Positions 36,442 through 44,647 of a DNA stretch of 64,000 bases are shown in pieces. The notes under the pieces were generated by a model. That model ran no database searches, had not been told where the DNA came from, and was given only the letters and a program-made list of their open reading frames with translations. The DNA comes from Patescibacteria group bacterium (GTDB lineage Bacteria; Patescibacteriota; Microgenomatia; PFEM01; JAHIFH01), in the NCBI GenBank assembly GCA_035529375.1, contig DATKWU010000009.1, positions 93,848 to 157,847 of the forward strand, written 5' to 3'. Both the position numbers and the translations under genes were made by a program. Numbering within the stretch: position 1 is the first letter of the stretch; each line of letters begins with the position of its first letter.

Positions 36442-37602
36442 ATGAACCAAATTACCACCTTTGACGTTTTGATTGTCTACTCTAAAAGACTCGCCATCAG
36501 TGCCAATTCTGTATCCGAAGACGTTACTGCCCCATTTGCCAAAGGGTCTGATAGTGAAAGCTACAACCTAGTTTATGGCTACTTTTTGAAAACCTGCCGA
36601 AAAAACAATTTAAAAGCGGCTTTTACAACATCTGCTGATATTGTGGGTGCAGGAAAATGTCGAAGTTATTGGCTCTTCGAAAATGAAACTTGGATAAAGA
36701 TCCGAAAAACAGGCTTTTCAAAACTGATTTTTGACAAATTCTCTCCGACGAGTAAAAGCATAAAAATAAATCGTAATTTACTTTTTTCTTCAGGAAGAAT
36801 CAGACCTTTTAATAATCCCTGCCTTTTTAATCTTTGTTTTGACAAACAAAAAACTTACAACAAGCTCCATAAATTTTCTATTCCCACAGTAACTATTGAT
36901 GATCGTACCAGAAAAGGAGTTGATAAAGAGTGTAAGGCGCTAAAAGAGAAAATAGCCAGACATCCGTACAAAGACGATTTTTCCGAGGAAATTATAATGA
37001 AAAACAGATTCGGAGCTGGCGGGAGAAATGTCTACAAATTTAAAGCCAATCAATCCAATATGATGATGGCATCAATGAAAAAGCATAAAAAAATATCATT
37101 TGTTATTCAACCATTTGTAAAATTTGATAAAGGCTTCAGTTATCAAAACTCTTCAGTTTCAACCGATATCAGGTTAATATACCTCGGAAAAAAGATTGTT
37201 CAAACATACATAAGAATGGCTAAGAAAGGAGACTTTAGATGTAATGAGCACAAAGGTGGATTACTAAAATATATACCAAAGAATGAAGTGCCTTCGAAAG
37301 TAGTAGCAGTTTCTAGAAATATTGCTAAGATTTTAGATAAAAGATCTTCTCTATTTGCTCTTGACTTTATTATTAGCAATAACGGTAATGTCTATCTTCT
37401 CGAAGCGAATACCGGACCAGGATTGGATTGGAATTTATCAATCAAGGAAAACGAAATTGAAGCCAAGAAACTAATAAGGATTATTATAAAAGAAATAGTT
37501 AGACGGATTAGCTCACCAAAAAATACTTCTAAAAGAAAAGCTGTAGTCGCTACAGTAAAGACTCCAATGATTAGCAAGCACCCAGTATCTCCAATAACCT
37601 GA
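36442..37602 (+). CDS. ATP-grasp family protein (RimK/GSH-synthetase-like)
   Basis: The C-terminal region (FALDFIISNNGNVYLLEANTGPG) matches the ATP-grasp large-domain signature. Start taken at the internal ATG (MNQITTF). Confidence 0.55.
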   Translation: MNQITTFDVLIVYSKRLAISANSVSEDVTAPFAKGSDSESYNLVYGYFLKTCRKNNLKAAFTTSADIVGAGKCRSYWLFENETWIKIRKTGFSKLIFDKFSPTSKSIKINRNLLFSSGRIRPFNNPCLFNLCFDKQKTYNKLHKFSIPTVTIDDRTRKGVDKECKALKEKIARHPYKDDFSEEIIMKNRFGAGGRNVYKFKANQSNMMMASMKKHKKISFVIQPFVKFDKGFSYQNSSVSTDIRLIYLGKKIVQTYIRMAKKGDFRCNEHKGGLLKYIPKNEVPSKVVAVSRNIAKILDKRSSLFALDFIISNNGNVYLLEANTGPGLDWNLSIKENEIEAKKLIRIIIKEIVRRISSPKNTSKRKAVVATVKTPMISKHPVSPIT

Positions 37603-37647
37603 ATTATTTAATTTTTTTAGTAATTTAAAATTTCCCCTTTTTCATTC

Positions 37648-37735
37648 TGTTTCATTTGTCTCATTTAGCCTCGGAATGATACAATTAGAGTGTTTAGTTA
37701 TAAGGATAGAAAGGTTCTAGACCGATCCGCTCAGC
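37648..37735 (+). repeat. Composite T-R element, copy J
   Basis: T at 37648-37664 (TGTTTCATTTGTCTCAT), GTTATAAGG at 37697-37705, and R (GGTTCTAGACCGATCCGCTCAGC) at 37713-37735. Confidence 0.75.
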
Positions 37736-37768
37736 TTGAAAACTTAATGTGTAATTATAAGGTTTGAT

Positions 37769-38314
37769 ATGTCAAAAATTCTAATTAAAGTTGATAAGGA
37801 TTTATATCTTAAGACATGGAGTTTAAAAAACTCTGCCGAGTTATTTGCGCTTACTGATAAAAACAGGGCATATTTACAGCCTTGGTTACCATGGGTTCCA
37901 AATGTTAAAACTGAAGCAGATTCAAAAAAGTTTATTCGTGAATCACTTCAAGAAATGAAAGACGATAAGGGAATAGAAATGGGAATTTGGTTAGCAGATA
38001 AGTTAGTTGGATGTATCGGCTTACACGGATTAAGTAAACCAAATCGTAGGGCAAGCCTGGGATATTGGTTAAGTAAGAATCAACAAAAGAAAGGAATAAT
38101 GACACGGTCGGTCAAGGCATTGGTTGATTATTCCTTTAAGATACTTAATCTTAATCGTATTGGCTTAGAAGCTTCCACTGAAAATGTTTCAAGTTGTGCT
38201 ATCGCCAAAAAATTGGGCTTTGTTAAAGAAGGCGTTGTTCGACAATTCGAGTTTGTTGACGGGAGATTTTTGGATTGCCAAGTGTGCAGTGTGTTAAAGT
38301 CTGAATGGAAATAA
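37769..38314 (+). CDS. GNAT acetyltransferase (RimJ/RimL-like)
   Basis: 181 aa. Motif A QQKKGIMTRSVKALVDY and an N-terminal arrangement typical of ribosomal-protein acetyltransferases. Confidence 0.75.
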   Translation: MSKILIKVDKDLYLKTWSLKNSAELFALTDKNRAYLQPWLPWVPNVKTEADSKKFIRESLQEMKDDKGIEMGIWLADKLVGCIGLHGLSKPNRRASLGYWLSKNQQKKGIMTRSVKALVDYSFKILNLNRIGLEASTENVSSCAIAKKLGFVKEGVVRQFEFVDGRFLDCQVCSVLKSEWK

Positions 38315-38334
38315 AACTTAACACTGTACTAGTA

Positions 38335-38372
38335 GTTATAGGATCGGAAGGTCCTAGACCACACTGCTCAGC
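38335..38372 (+). repeat. R-repeat copy K (GTTATAGGA + GGTCCTAGACCACACTGCTCAGC)
   Basis: Family match, 21 bp after the GNAT stop. Confidence 0.7.
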
Positions 38373-38422
38373 TTAAAATTTTAAATCATTGAAATTTTGT
38401 TTGAAAAAAGAGAATTAGTTTT

Positions 38423-38806
38423 TTATTTTGGATTGATTATCGATTTAGTTCCTATTTTCTCTCTTAAAAGTTCTTCAAGATCTTCCACAGTAATTGGTTT
38501 ATCAATATAAAAATCAACCAAACCTTCAAGTATCGGATGAACTATATTAGTTTCTAAACCTATTTTTATTTCTGGGTTTCCAGCTCTAATTTCTTGTAAT
38601 AAACCTTTTAAGCCAGCCATAGGTCTTAAAGTTCCACTATGAATGATTACTGCATTTTTTCCTTCGCAGTTTTTTAAAATCTCTTCGTCTTCAATTGAAT
38701 CTAATTTGGTAATTTGAAATTTTCCACTTTGTTCAAGACATTTAAAATGGTCTCCCCACACACTTATATGATCTTGATCTGCCCAAAGCAATTCCATTTC
38801 TTTCAT
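38423..38806 (-). CDS. Hypothetical protein
   Basis: 127 aa ORF. No motif. Confidence 0.4.
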   Translation of the reverse strand: MKEMELLWADQDHISVWGDHFKCLEQSGKFQITKLDSIEDEEILKNCEGKNAVIIHSGTLRPMAGLKGLLQEIRAGNPEIKIGLETNIVHPILEGLVDFYIDKPITVEDLEELLREKIGTKSIINPK

Positions 38807-38894
38807 ACTTGAAATTTTAATATATTATGCCCTATAAGGCAAACTAAACTTTATATTTTAAAAAATTGTAAATTATAGAAATTTAGCTGTCATT

Positions 38895-38954
38895 TGATAA
38901 ACTATTCTTGGAAAGATAAATTTATAAGTTCGGAAATCATCAACGACTCCCAGC
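38895..38954 (+). repeat. S-repeat copy 3
   Basis: Near-identical to copy 1 (TGATAAACTATTCTTGGAAAGATAAATTTATAAGTTCGGAAATCATCAACGACTCCCAGC). Lies 74 bp upstream of the gene at 39028. Confidence 0.75.
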
Positions 38955-39027
38955 TAGAAAAAGACCTATTTGTTGGGCTTTTTTGTTTGTGGTTTTGTTA
39001 AAAGGCGTGTTTTGGTAAAATAAAAAC

Positions 39028-39657
39028 ATGGATGAAATCAGCAAAGACGAATTTCGGGTAAAGCAGATAGATGTAAAAGCCAAAGAAGCAGGCAGGGGAA
39101 GATTAGTTTCTACATATAGACCAGTGGAGATAATGTTTGCTGCGACAGGGAAAGAGCCTACAGACTTAAGAGGAAAAGAGATTCTAAACCTAGGGGCAGG
39201 AAGAACTCATTGGGGTTTTGAGTTAACGAGTAAGTATAAAGTGGTTGCCAAAAAATTTGAAAATTTTGATATTAGTTATGCCGAGCAATCTGGCCCAAGG
39301 AGGTTAGCGGGAAAGATATTTATGGCAGAGTCTATTGGTGATATAAAAAACGAACTACCTTATAGAGATAACTCCTTTGATGTTCTCTGGTGTTCATACG
39401 CTCCTACAAATTGGCAAGAATTTGTAAGGATAACTAAGCCAGGAGGAGAAATTTTTGTTTTAGGAGGAAATTATGACGAAGAATTTACAGAAAGATTAAG
39501 TCATCAGCTTGGCATTCCAGTAACTTGCCAGAAGATAGACGAAAGGAAAATAGATAAATGGGCAAGCCTAGCTGGGCGTCATAGAAACGCCGTGTCGTCT
39601 TTATTAGGTAAAAATGTTCTGGTAGTTAAAAAACCCAAAGAAGAGATTAGAGAGTAG
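39028..39657 (+). CDS. Hypothetical protein, possibly a class I methyltransferase
   Basis: 209 aa. Weak SAM-binding-like segment ILNLGAGRTHWGFE and an acidic D/E after the beta2 strand. Confidence 0.4.
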   Translation: MDEISKDEFRVKQIDVKAKEAGRGRLVSTYRPVEIMFAATGKEPTDLRGKEILNLGAGRTHWGFELTSKYKVVAKKFENFDISYAEQSGPRRLAGKIFMAESIGDIKNELPYRDNSFDVLWCSYAPTNWQEFVRITKPGGEIFVLGGNYDEEFTERLSHQLGIPVTCQKIDERKIDKWASLAGRHRNAVSSLLGKNVLVVKKPKEEIRE

Positions 39658-39723
39658 AAATTTAAACTAGTTATAACTTCGTCCACAAGGAAAACCTAAA
39701 TCTGTAGAAATTTGATTGACTTC

Positions 39724-39784
39724 TGATAAACTAAGGCAGGATGGTCCAAGTTGATGGTTCGGAAATCATCAACGACTCCCAGCC
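39724..39784 (+). repeat. S-repeat copy 4 (TGATAAACTAAGG...GTTGATGGTTCGGAAATCATCAACGACTCCCAGCC)
   Basis: Contains a 7-bp stem GTTGATG/CATCAAC around GTTCGGAAAT. Ends 11 bp before the likely GNAT start. Confidence 0.7.
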
Positions 39785-39795
39785 AAAAAGGTTTT

Positions 39796-40293
39796 ATGTT
39801 ACAAATTAGAACAAGTCAATCTAAAGATATAATTTTTAGCTCTGAAATTTCTAATATAACCAAATCTGACCAGCACCTTTCATTTAGATCAGTTAAGCAA
39901 ATTGATAAATCAATTAGAGAAGGTAACTTCTTATTTGCTCTTAGGGGAAAAGAGCTTGCTGGTTTTGCAGAAGTCGTAAGAATTTGGCGGAATTGGTATG
40001 CAATTTTTTCTTTCTTTGTAAGACCTAAATATCGTCGTCAAGGAATTTCTAAACTTCTTCTTCATAAAATTATTACATCCAACCAAGACGATTACTTGTA
40101 CGCCGCTACTTCTAATAAAATTATGTTAAACATTTTAGAGATAAATAGATTTGAGCGATATAAATTTAAATGTTTACCCGTTCTTTTCCTAACTGATTAC
40201 TTCATTAAAAGATTTCTAAATTTACAATTATTTGGTAATATAGGTCTTCTAGACCAATATTGGTACTACCTAGTTCGATCACCTAATAATTAA
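39796..40293 (+). CDS. GNAT family N-acetyltransferase
   Basis: Motif A FFVRPKYRRQGISKLLLHKII. Start re-assigned to 39796 (MLQIRT...), because the listed upstream portion translates the S repeat. Confidence 0.6.
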   Translation: MLQIRTSQSKDIIFSSEISNITKSDQHLSFRSVKQIDKSIREGNFLFALRGKELAGFAEVVRIWRNWYAIFSFFVRPKYRRQGISKLLLHKIITSNQDDYLYAATSNKIMLNILEINRFERYKFKCLPVLFLTDYFIKRFLNLQLFGNIGLLDQYWYYLVRSPNN

Positions 40294-40328
40294 GTTATTA
40301 GTTCCAGTTATTATTTGTATTTAAAACG

Positions 40329-40368
40329 GTTATAAGGATAGAAAGGTTCTAGACCGATCCGCTTAGCC
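40329..40368 (+). repeat. R-repeat copy L (GTTATAAGG + GGTTCTAGACCGATCCGCTTAGCC)
   Basis: Family match, 36 bp after the GNAT stop. Confidence 0.75.
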
Positions 40369-40466
40369 AAGCTTTCGCTAAAGCTACAAAATGGCAAGTA
40401 AAATTATCAAAACCGAGATTAAAAGAAAACAGTCCCCTTAACGCAAAGCGTTAGGAGTAATGAAAT

Positions 40467-41387
40467 ATGAAAGAGGTTTATATATTCCCAGGCCAAGGAA
40501 GTCAGAGACTTGGAATGGCAAAAGAACTTCTAGAGCAAAGTGAAGTTGCCAAGGATGTTTTTAGCCAAGCCGAAGTAGTTCTTTCTAAATTAGGTTGGAA
40601 GCAAAATTTACAAAGTCTTTGTCTTGAAGGGCCCGTAGATATTTTAAATGAAACTGAAATAGCTCAACCAGCAATCTTAACTGTAAGTATTGCTGGCTTT
40701 AAGGATAGAATAATTAAAGGTAGTAAATTATGTGGATTAGTTACAGGTCATAGTTTGGGTGAATACTCAGCACTGACAGCCGCAGGAGCTTTCACTTTTG
40801 AGGATGCTGTAGAATTGGTGGCAGAAAGAGGAAGATTGATGAAGGAAGCTGGTAAGCAAAGACCTGGGAAAATGGCTGCAGTTATTGGGTTAGGAGTGGA
40901 AACAGTAGAAATGCTTTGTGAAAGACTCTCTAGCGAATATGGTAATGCTCATGTAACCATTGCCAACATTAACTCTCCAGACCAGATAGTTATTTCTGGC
41001 GACCAAAAAGCCATAGAAAATGCGGGAGAATTTGCCAAAGAGCTTGGAGCTAAAATGACAAAAGTTTTACCGATAAGTATTGCCGCTCATAGTGGTTTAA
41101 TGGAAAGTATTCGGCAAGGAATGGCAATTGCTTTAAAATCAACAACCATAAAAAAACCTGAGATTAATTTTATTTCTCCTACTACAAGAAAATATGAAAA
41201 CGATCCTCAGGTAATTAGAGAGTTGCTTATAGCTCAACTGACTGGGAGAGTGTTATGGCTAGATACTGTAAAACGAATGGTTGAAGACGGGTATGATTTG
41301 TTTTTGGAAGTAGGGCCGGGAGAAGCGCTGACAAGACTATTTAAAAGAATTGATAAAAATGTTGAAGCTAGTTCTTTGAATCTTTGA
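40467..41387 (+). CDS. fabD: Malonyl-CoA:ACP transacylase
   Basis: 306 aa. FPGQGSQ start region and active-site GHSLGEYSAL. Confidence 0.85.
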   Translation: MKEVYIFPGQGSQRLGMAKELLEQSEVAKDVFSQAEVVLSKLGWKQNLQSLCLEGPVDILNETEIAQPAILTVSIAGFKDRIIKGSKLCGLVTGHSLGEYSALTAAGAFTFEDAVELVAERGRLMKEAGKQRPGKMAAVIGLGVETVEMLCERLSSEYGNAHVTIANINSPDQIVISGDQKAIENAGEFAKELGAKMTKVLPISIAAHSGLMESIRQGMAIALKSTTIKKPEINFISPTTRKYENDPQVIRELLIAQLTGRVLWLDTVKRMVEDGYDLFLEVGPGEALTRLFKRIDKNVEASSLNL

Positions 41388-41437
41388 CTTTATGGAAAGA
41401 TTACCAAAACGACTGGCCTATGTCTCTTTTTTAATAC

Positions 41438-41537
41438 TGTTTCGTTTGTCTCACTTCGACTGCGCTCAGTGTAAACTTTTTTGGTAAAATATATTCAGTT
41501 ATAAGGATAGTAAGGGCCTAGACCGGCCTGCTCAGCC
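41438..41537 (+). repeat. Composite T-R element, copy M
   Basis: T-like TGTTTCGTTTGTCTCAC at 41438-41454, GTTATAAGG at 41498-41506, and R (GGGCCTAGACCGGCCTGCTCAGCC) at 41514-41537. Confidence 0.7.
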
Positions 41538-41559
41538 AAACCCAATATAATTTCAAAAC

Positions 41560-42351
41560 TCACGCTTCTTGACTCACGATACCCCATTTTTCTAGAGTAA
41601 TCGCTTCTATTTTTTTGAAAACAATCGTTTCTATCGTTAGCCCAATGATTGCGATTAATAAAATACCAACTAAAACTTTGTCGAAGCTATATGTCCATTG
41701 AGCTGTCCAGATAAATTTTCCTAACCCTCCAGCACCGATCACAAGCATCTCCGCACCGATCACAGATCTCCAAATCGAACCAAAACCAATTCTCATAGCT
41801 GTTATGATGTTTGGGAAGGCACCTGGAATAATTACCTTAAAAATAGTTTGCCATCTATTTAGGCCCAAATTCTTAGCAACTAGTATCCAAATGGTATTAA
41901 TATTGCGTACTCCTGCTATCATGTTGTAAATCATCTTTAAGAAACTGGAGATAAATAACAAGACCCATACTGACAGCCTGGTAAAACCGAATATGATGAT
42001 GATAAATGGCAACCAAGCCAATGAAGGAATGGGATAAAGAGTAGATATAAGCGGAAAGAATATTTTTCTTATAGTCGCATTAGTTCCAATTAATATTCCA
42101 AATACAATTGAAACAACGACTGCAACTAAATAAGGGGGAACAAGATTTGACACTGTATCAATAATAATTTTTACTATCGTACCGTCTTTTATCAATTCTC
42201 TAAACGTTAGTATTACCTTCAAAGGAGATGGTAAAAACCAATTAGGCATCCAATTAAAATAAACAACAAGATTCCACAAAAAAAGTATAAAAAGGAATGG
42301 AATGGATGCTAGAAGTATTTCTTTAATTTGTCGCGGAGCTATAGATCTCAT
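41560..42351 (-). CDS. ABC transporter permease (NitT/TauT/SsuC family)
   Basis: 263 aa with six TM segments and an EAA-like loop. Confidence 0.8.
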   Translation of the reverse strand: MRSIAPRQIKEILLASIPFLFILFLWNLVVYFNWMPNWFLPSPLKVILTFRELIKDGTIVKIIIDTVSNLVPPYLVAVVVSIVFGILIGTNATIRKIFFPLISTLYPIPSLAWLPFIIIIFGFTRLSVWVLLFISSFLKMIYNMIAGVRNINTIWILVAKNLGLNRWQTIFKVIIPGAFPNIITAMRIGFGSIWRSVIGAEMLVIGAGGLGKFIWTAQWTYSFDKVLVGILLIAIIGLTIETIVFKKIEAITLEKWGIVSQEA

Positions 42352-43384
42352 TTTGAGCTGATTCTAGCAATTCTTTGAATCTCAAGTCATATAAATCATC
42401 TAGAGATAGAACACGCTCTGAGAAACCCAAGTCATAATTAATTCGCGCCATTTCTACTATAGAACTCGGGTCTTGCCAAAGGATATATCTTACTGCTTCA
42501 TCGTTTACTTGCCTCACAAACTCCTCTGGTTTTATATCCATTGCTCCGCTAGTGTTTTCTCTAATATAGTCAGTGATAATAATTGAGGAATCGTTAAGAT
42601 TATCTCTAAGATAACGATGAGCCTGAATCATTGCTCTATAGAACTTATTAACATTTTCTACATTGTTCTTTAAGAAATCGGTATTGATTGACACTGAAGA
42701 ACCAGTTGGCACTTTTTGCAGATCTTTCTCATACCAATATGGCAAAACAACAGCGCCTTGTTCCTTAGCTTTATCGACGTAAGCAGGCTCATCAATTAAG
42801 GCAGCATCTATCGCCTTCTTGTCCATGAGAGCCATGGGTAAATAGAGTTTTTCAATATCTATAAATTCAATTTTATTAATATCTACTCCTTCAAGCTCTA
42901 AAACATATATTATTCTTAATTTTTGGGAGCCAGCGGGGCCAACTGAAATCTTCTTTCCCTCTAAATCCTTAATAGTTACGATATCTGAGTCAGGACGAAC
43001 AAATAAGTGTGATGGCATATCACTCATTATAGATAATAACTTTACTGGTGCTCCTTTCTCTATTGGACCAAAAAGTCGTCGTGCTCCAGTGATAGTAATA
43101 TCTACTTGACCAGTACCAACTGCTAAGGCTCCTTCTGAAGATTGTAAATGCACTAAACTGACATCAATTCCCTGCTCACGAAAAAAACCTTTTTGATAAG
43201 CTAATATTATCGGGGTTGCATCGAGAGATTGAATGGGAAAGCCAACTATTACTTTTGGTAAAGACGCAGTTTTTTCGTCTATTTTAGGTTTGGAATAATA
43301 CCTTACCATAAACATAGTTGCTGCAATAGCAACTACCAAAATTACACTCACTGCGATTAAAATCCTTTTAAACTTTTTTGTCAT
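42323..43384 (-). CDS. ABC transporter substrate-binding protein (NMT1/SsuA-like)
   Basis: 353 aa. N-terminal TM/signal segment and a periplasmic binding fold. Confidence 0.7.
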   Translation of the reverse strand: MTKKFKRILIAVSVILVVAIAATMFMVRYYSKPKIDEKTASLPKVIVGFPIQSLDATPIILAYQKGFFREQGIDVSLVHLQSSEGALAVGTGQVDITITGARRLFGPIEKGAPVKLLSIMSDMPSHLFVRPDSDIVTIKDLEGKKISVGPAGSQKLRIIYVLELEGVDINKIEFIDIEKLYLPMALMDKKAIDAALIDEPAYVDKAKEQGAVVLPYWYEKDLQKVPTGSSVSINTDFLKNNVENVNKFYRAMIQAHRYLRDNLNDSSIIITDYIRENTSGAMDIKPEEFVRQVNDEAVRYILWQDPSSIVEMARINYDLGFSERVLSLDDLYDLRFKELLESAQNEIYSSATN

Positions 43385-43388
43385 TGGC

Positions 43389-44204
43389 TCACCTATTGCC
43401 TGCTATTATATCATTAATGTCCACTTGTGGTTCCATACGGTTTCTATCGAGGTCAAATTCCATCTGAACATCGTCTTCCACTCTCCTGAGTAATTTAGTA
43501 AACCTGGGATTAGACATATCGCGTGGACGAAGAAATTTAATCGAACAAGACTTTTTGATAGTTGTGGGTCTGGAACTCATAACATAAATTGTATCGGCCA
43601 TATATATCGCTTCATTTATACTGTGAGTAACAAATAATATAGTTTTTTGTGTCTTCTGCCATATTTTAATTAGGCTCTTTCTTAAATGTCTTCTAGTGAT
43701 AGAGTCTAAGGATGAAAATGGTTCGTCCATAAGTAATATCTCGGGATCGGTTACTAATGCTCTTGCAAAAGCTACTCGCTGTTTCATTCCCCCAGATAAC
43801 TTATGAATCGGCCAATCTTTGAATTTCAAAAGATCAACAAGATCCAAATATTTTTCAGCCAAAGCAAGTTTTTCATGTTTGTCCAAATTACTGTTAGATA
43901 AACCGAATAAGACATTTCCCAATACCGTTTTCCACGGAAAAAGCATGTGATCTTGAAACACCATAATACGATCTAGCCCAACAGAATTAACTTCTAGTCC
44001 CTTCGCTAAAATTTTACCGGATGAAGGGGATAAAAACCCTGCAATCGTGTAAAGAAGAACTGTTTTTCCACAACCGGAGGGACCGATAAAGCAAACAAAC
44101 TCTCCCTTTTTAACCTTTAAATTTATATCTTTAATAACCTTAAAGTTATTATCAAAGGTTTTACTTAAATTTCTTAATTCTAAAATGCAATCACCTGATT
44201 CCAT
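43389..44204 (-). CDS. ABC transporter ATP-binding protein (SsuB/TauB-like)
   Basis: 271 aa. Walker A GPSGCGKT, signature LSGGMKQRVAFARAL, Walker B LLMDEPFSSLD. Confidence 0.85.
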   Translation of the reverse strand: MESGDCILELRNLSKTFDNNFKVIKDINLKVKKGEFVCFIGPSGCGKTVLLYTIAGFLSPSSGKILAKGLEVNSVGLDRIMVFQDHMLFPWKTVLGNVLFGLSNSNLDKHEKLALAEKYLDLVDLLKFKDWPIHKLSGGMKQRVAFARALVTDPEILLMDEPFSSLDSITRRHLRKSLIKIWQKTQKTILFVTHSINEAIYMADTIYVMSSRPTTIKKSCSIKFLRPRDMSNPRFTKLLRRVEDDVQMEFDLDRNRMEPQVDINDIIAGNR

Positions 44205-44647
44205 AAACTGTTTGTTCCTTTCTTTAGAACTCGATTCATTTATTAATCTATACTAACAGTTACTGCTATTGTCTCATTTTCATCCTAAAGAATAAAGTTT
44301 GATGTAAAACCCCATGTCCATTCGAAGGTACTCCTTGCTTTAATGCATTAGACTAAGCAAACAGTTCGAACTTGTTTCTTTTTATGGCCAGTCATTTTTC
44401 GACCAGTTTGGAAAGATTAAAATAATACAATAGAAGCAAAACCAGAAAATACAACTGAATCACTGCTACAACAAATTAAAACATTTTAATAACCCCTTTT
44501 CCGCGCGCGATTTTAACGAAATCTATCAAGAAGATGCATTTAACATCTTTTTAGGTTAAATAGTTAGCTGGTTAAATTTTGCAACTAAACTAAAGCCTTT
44601 TACCTAAATAATTACTAGTTTAGACGCGTTTTGAAGATCCCTTTCTA

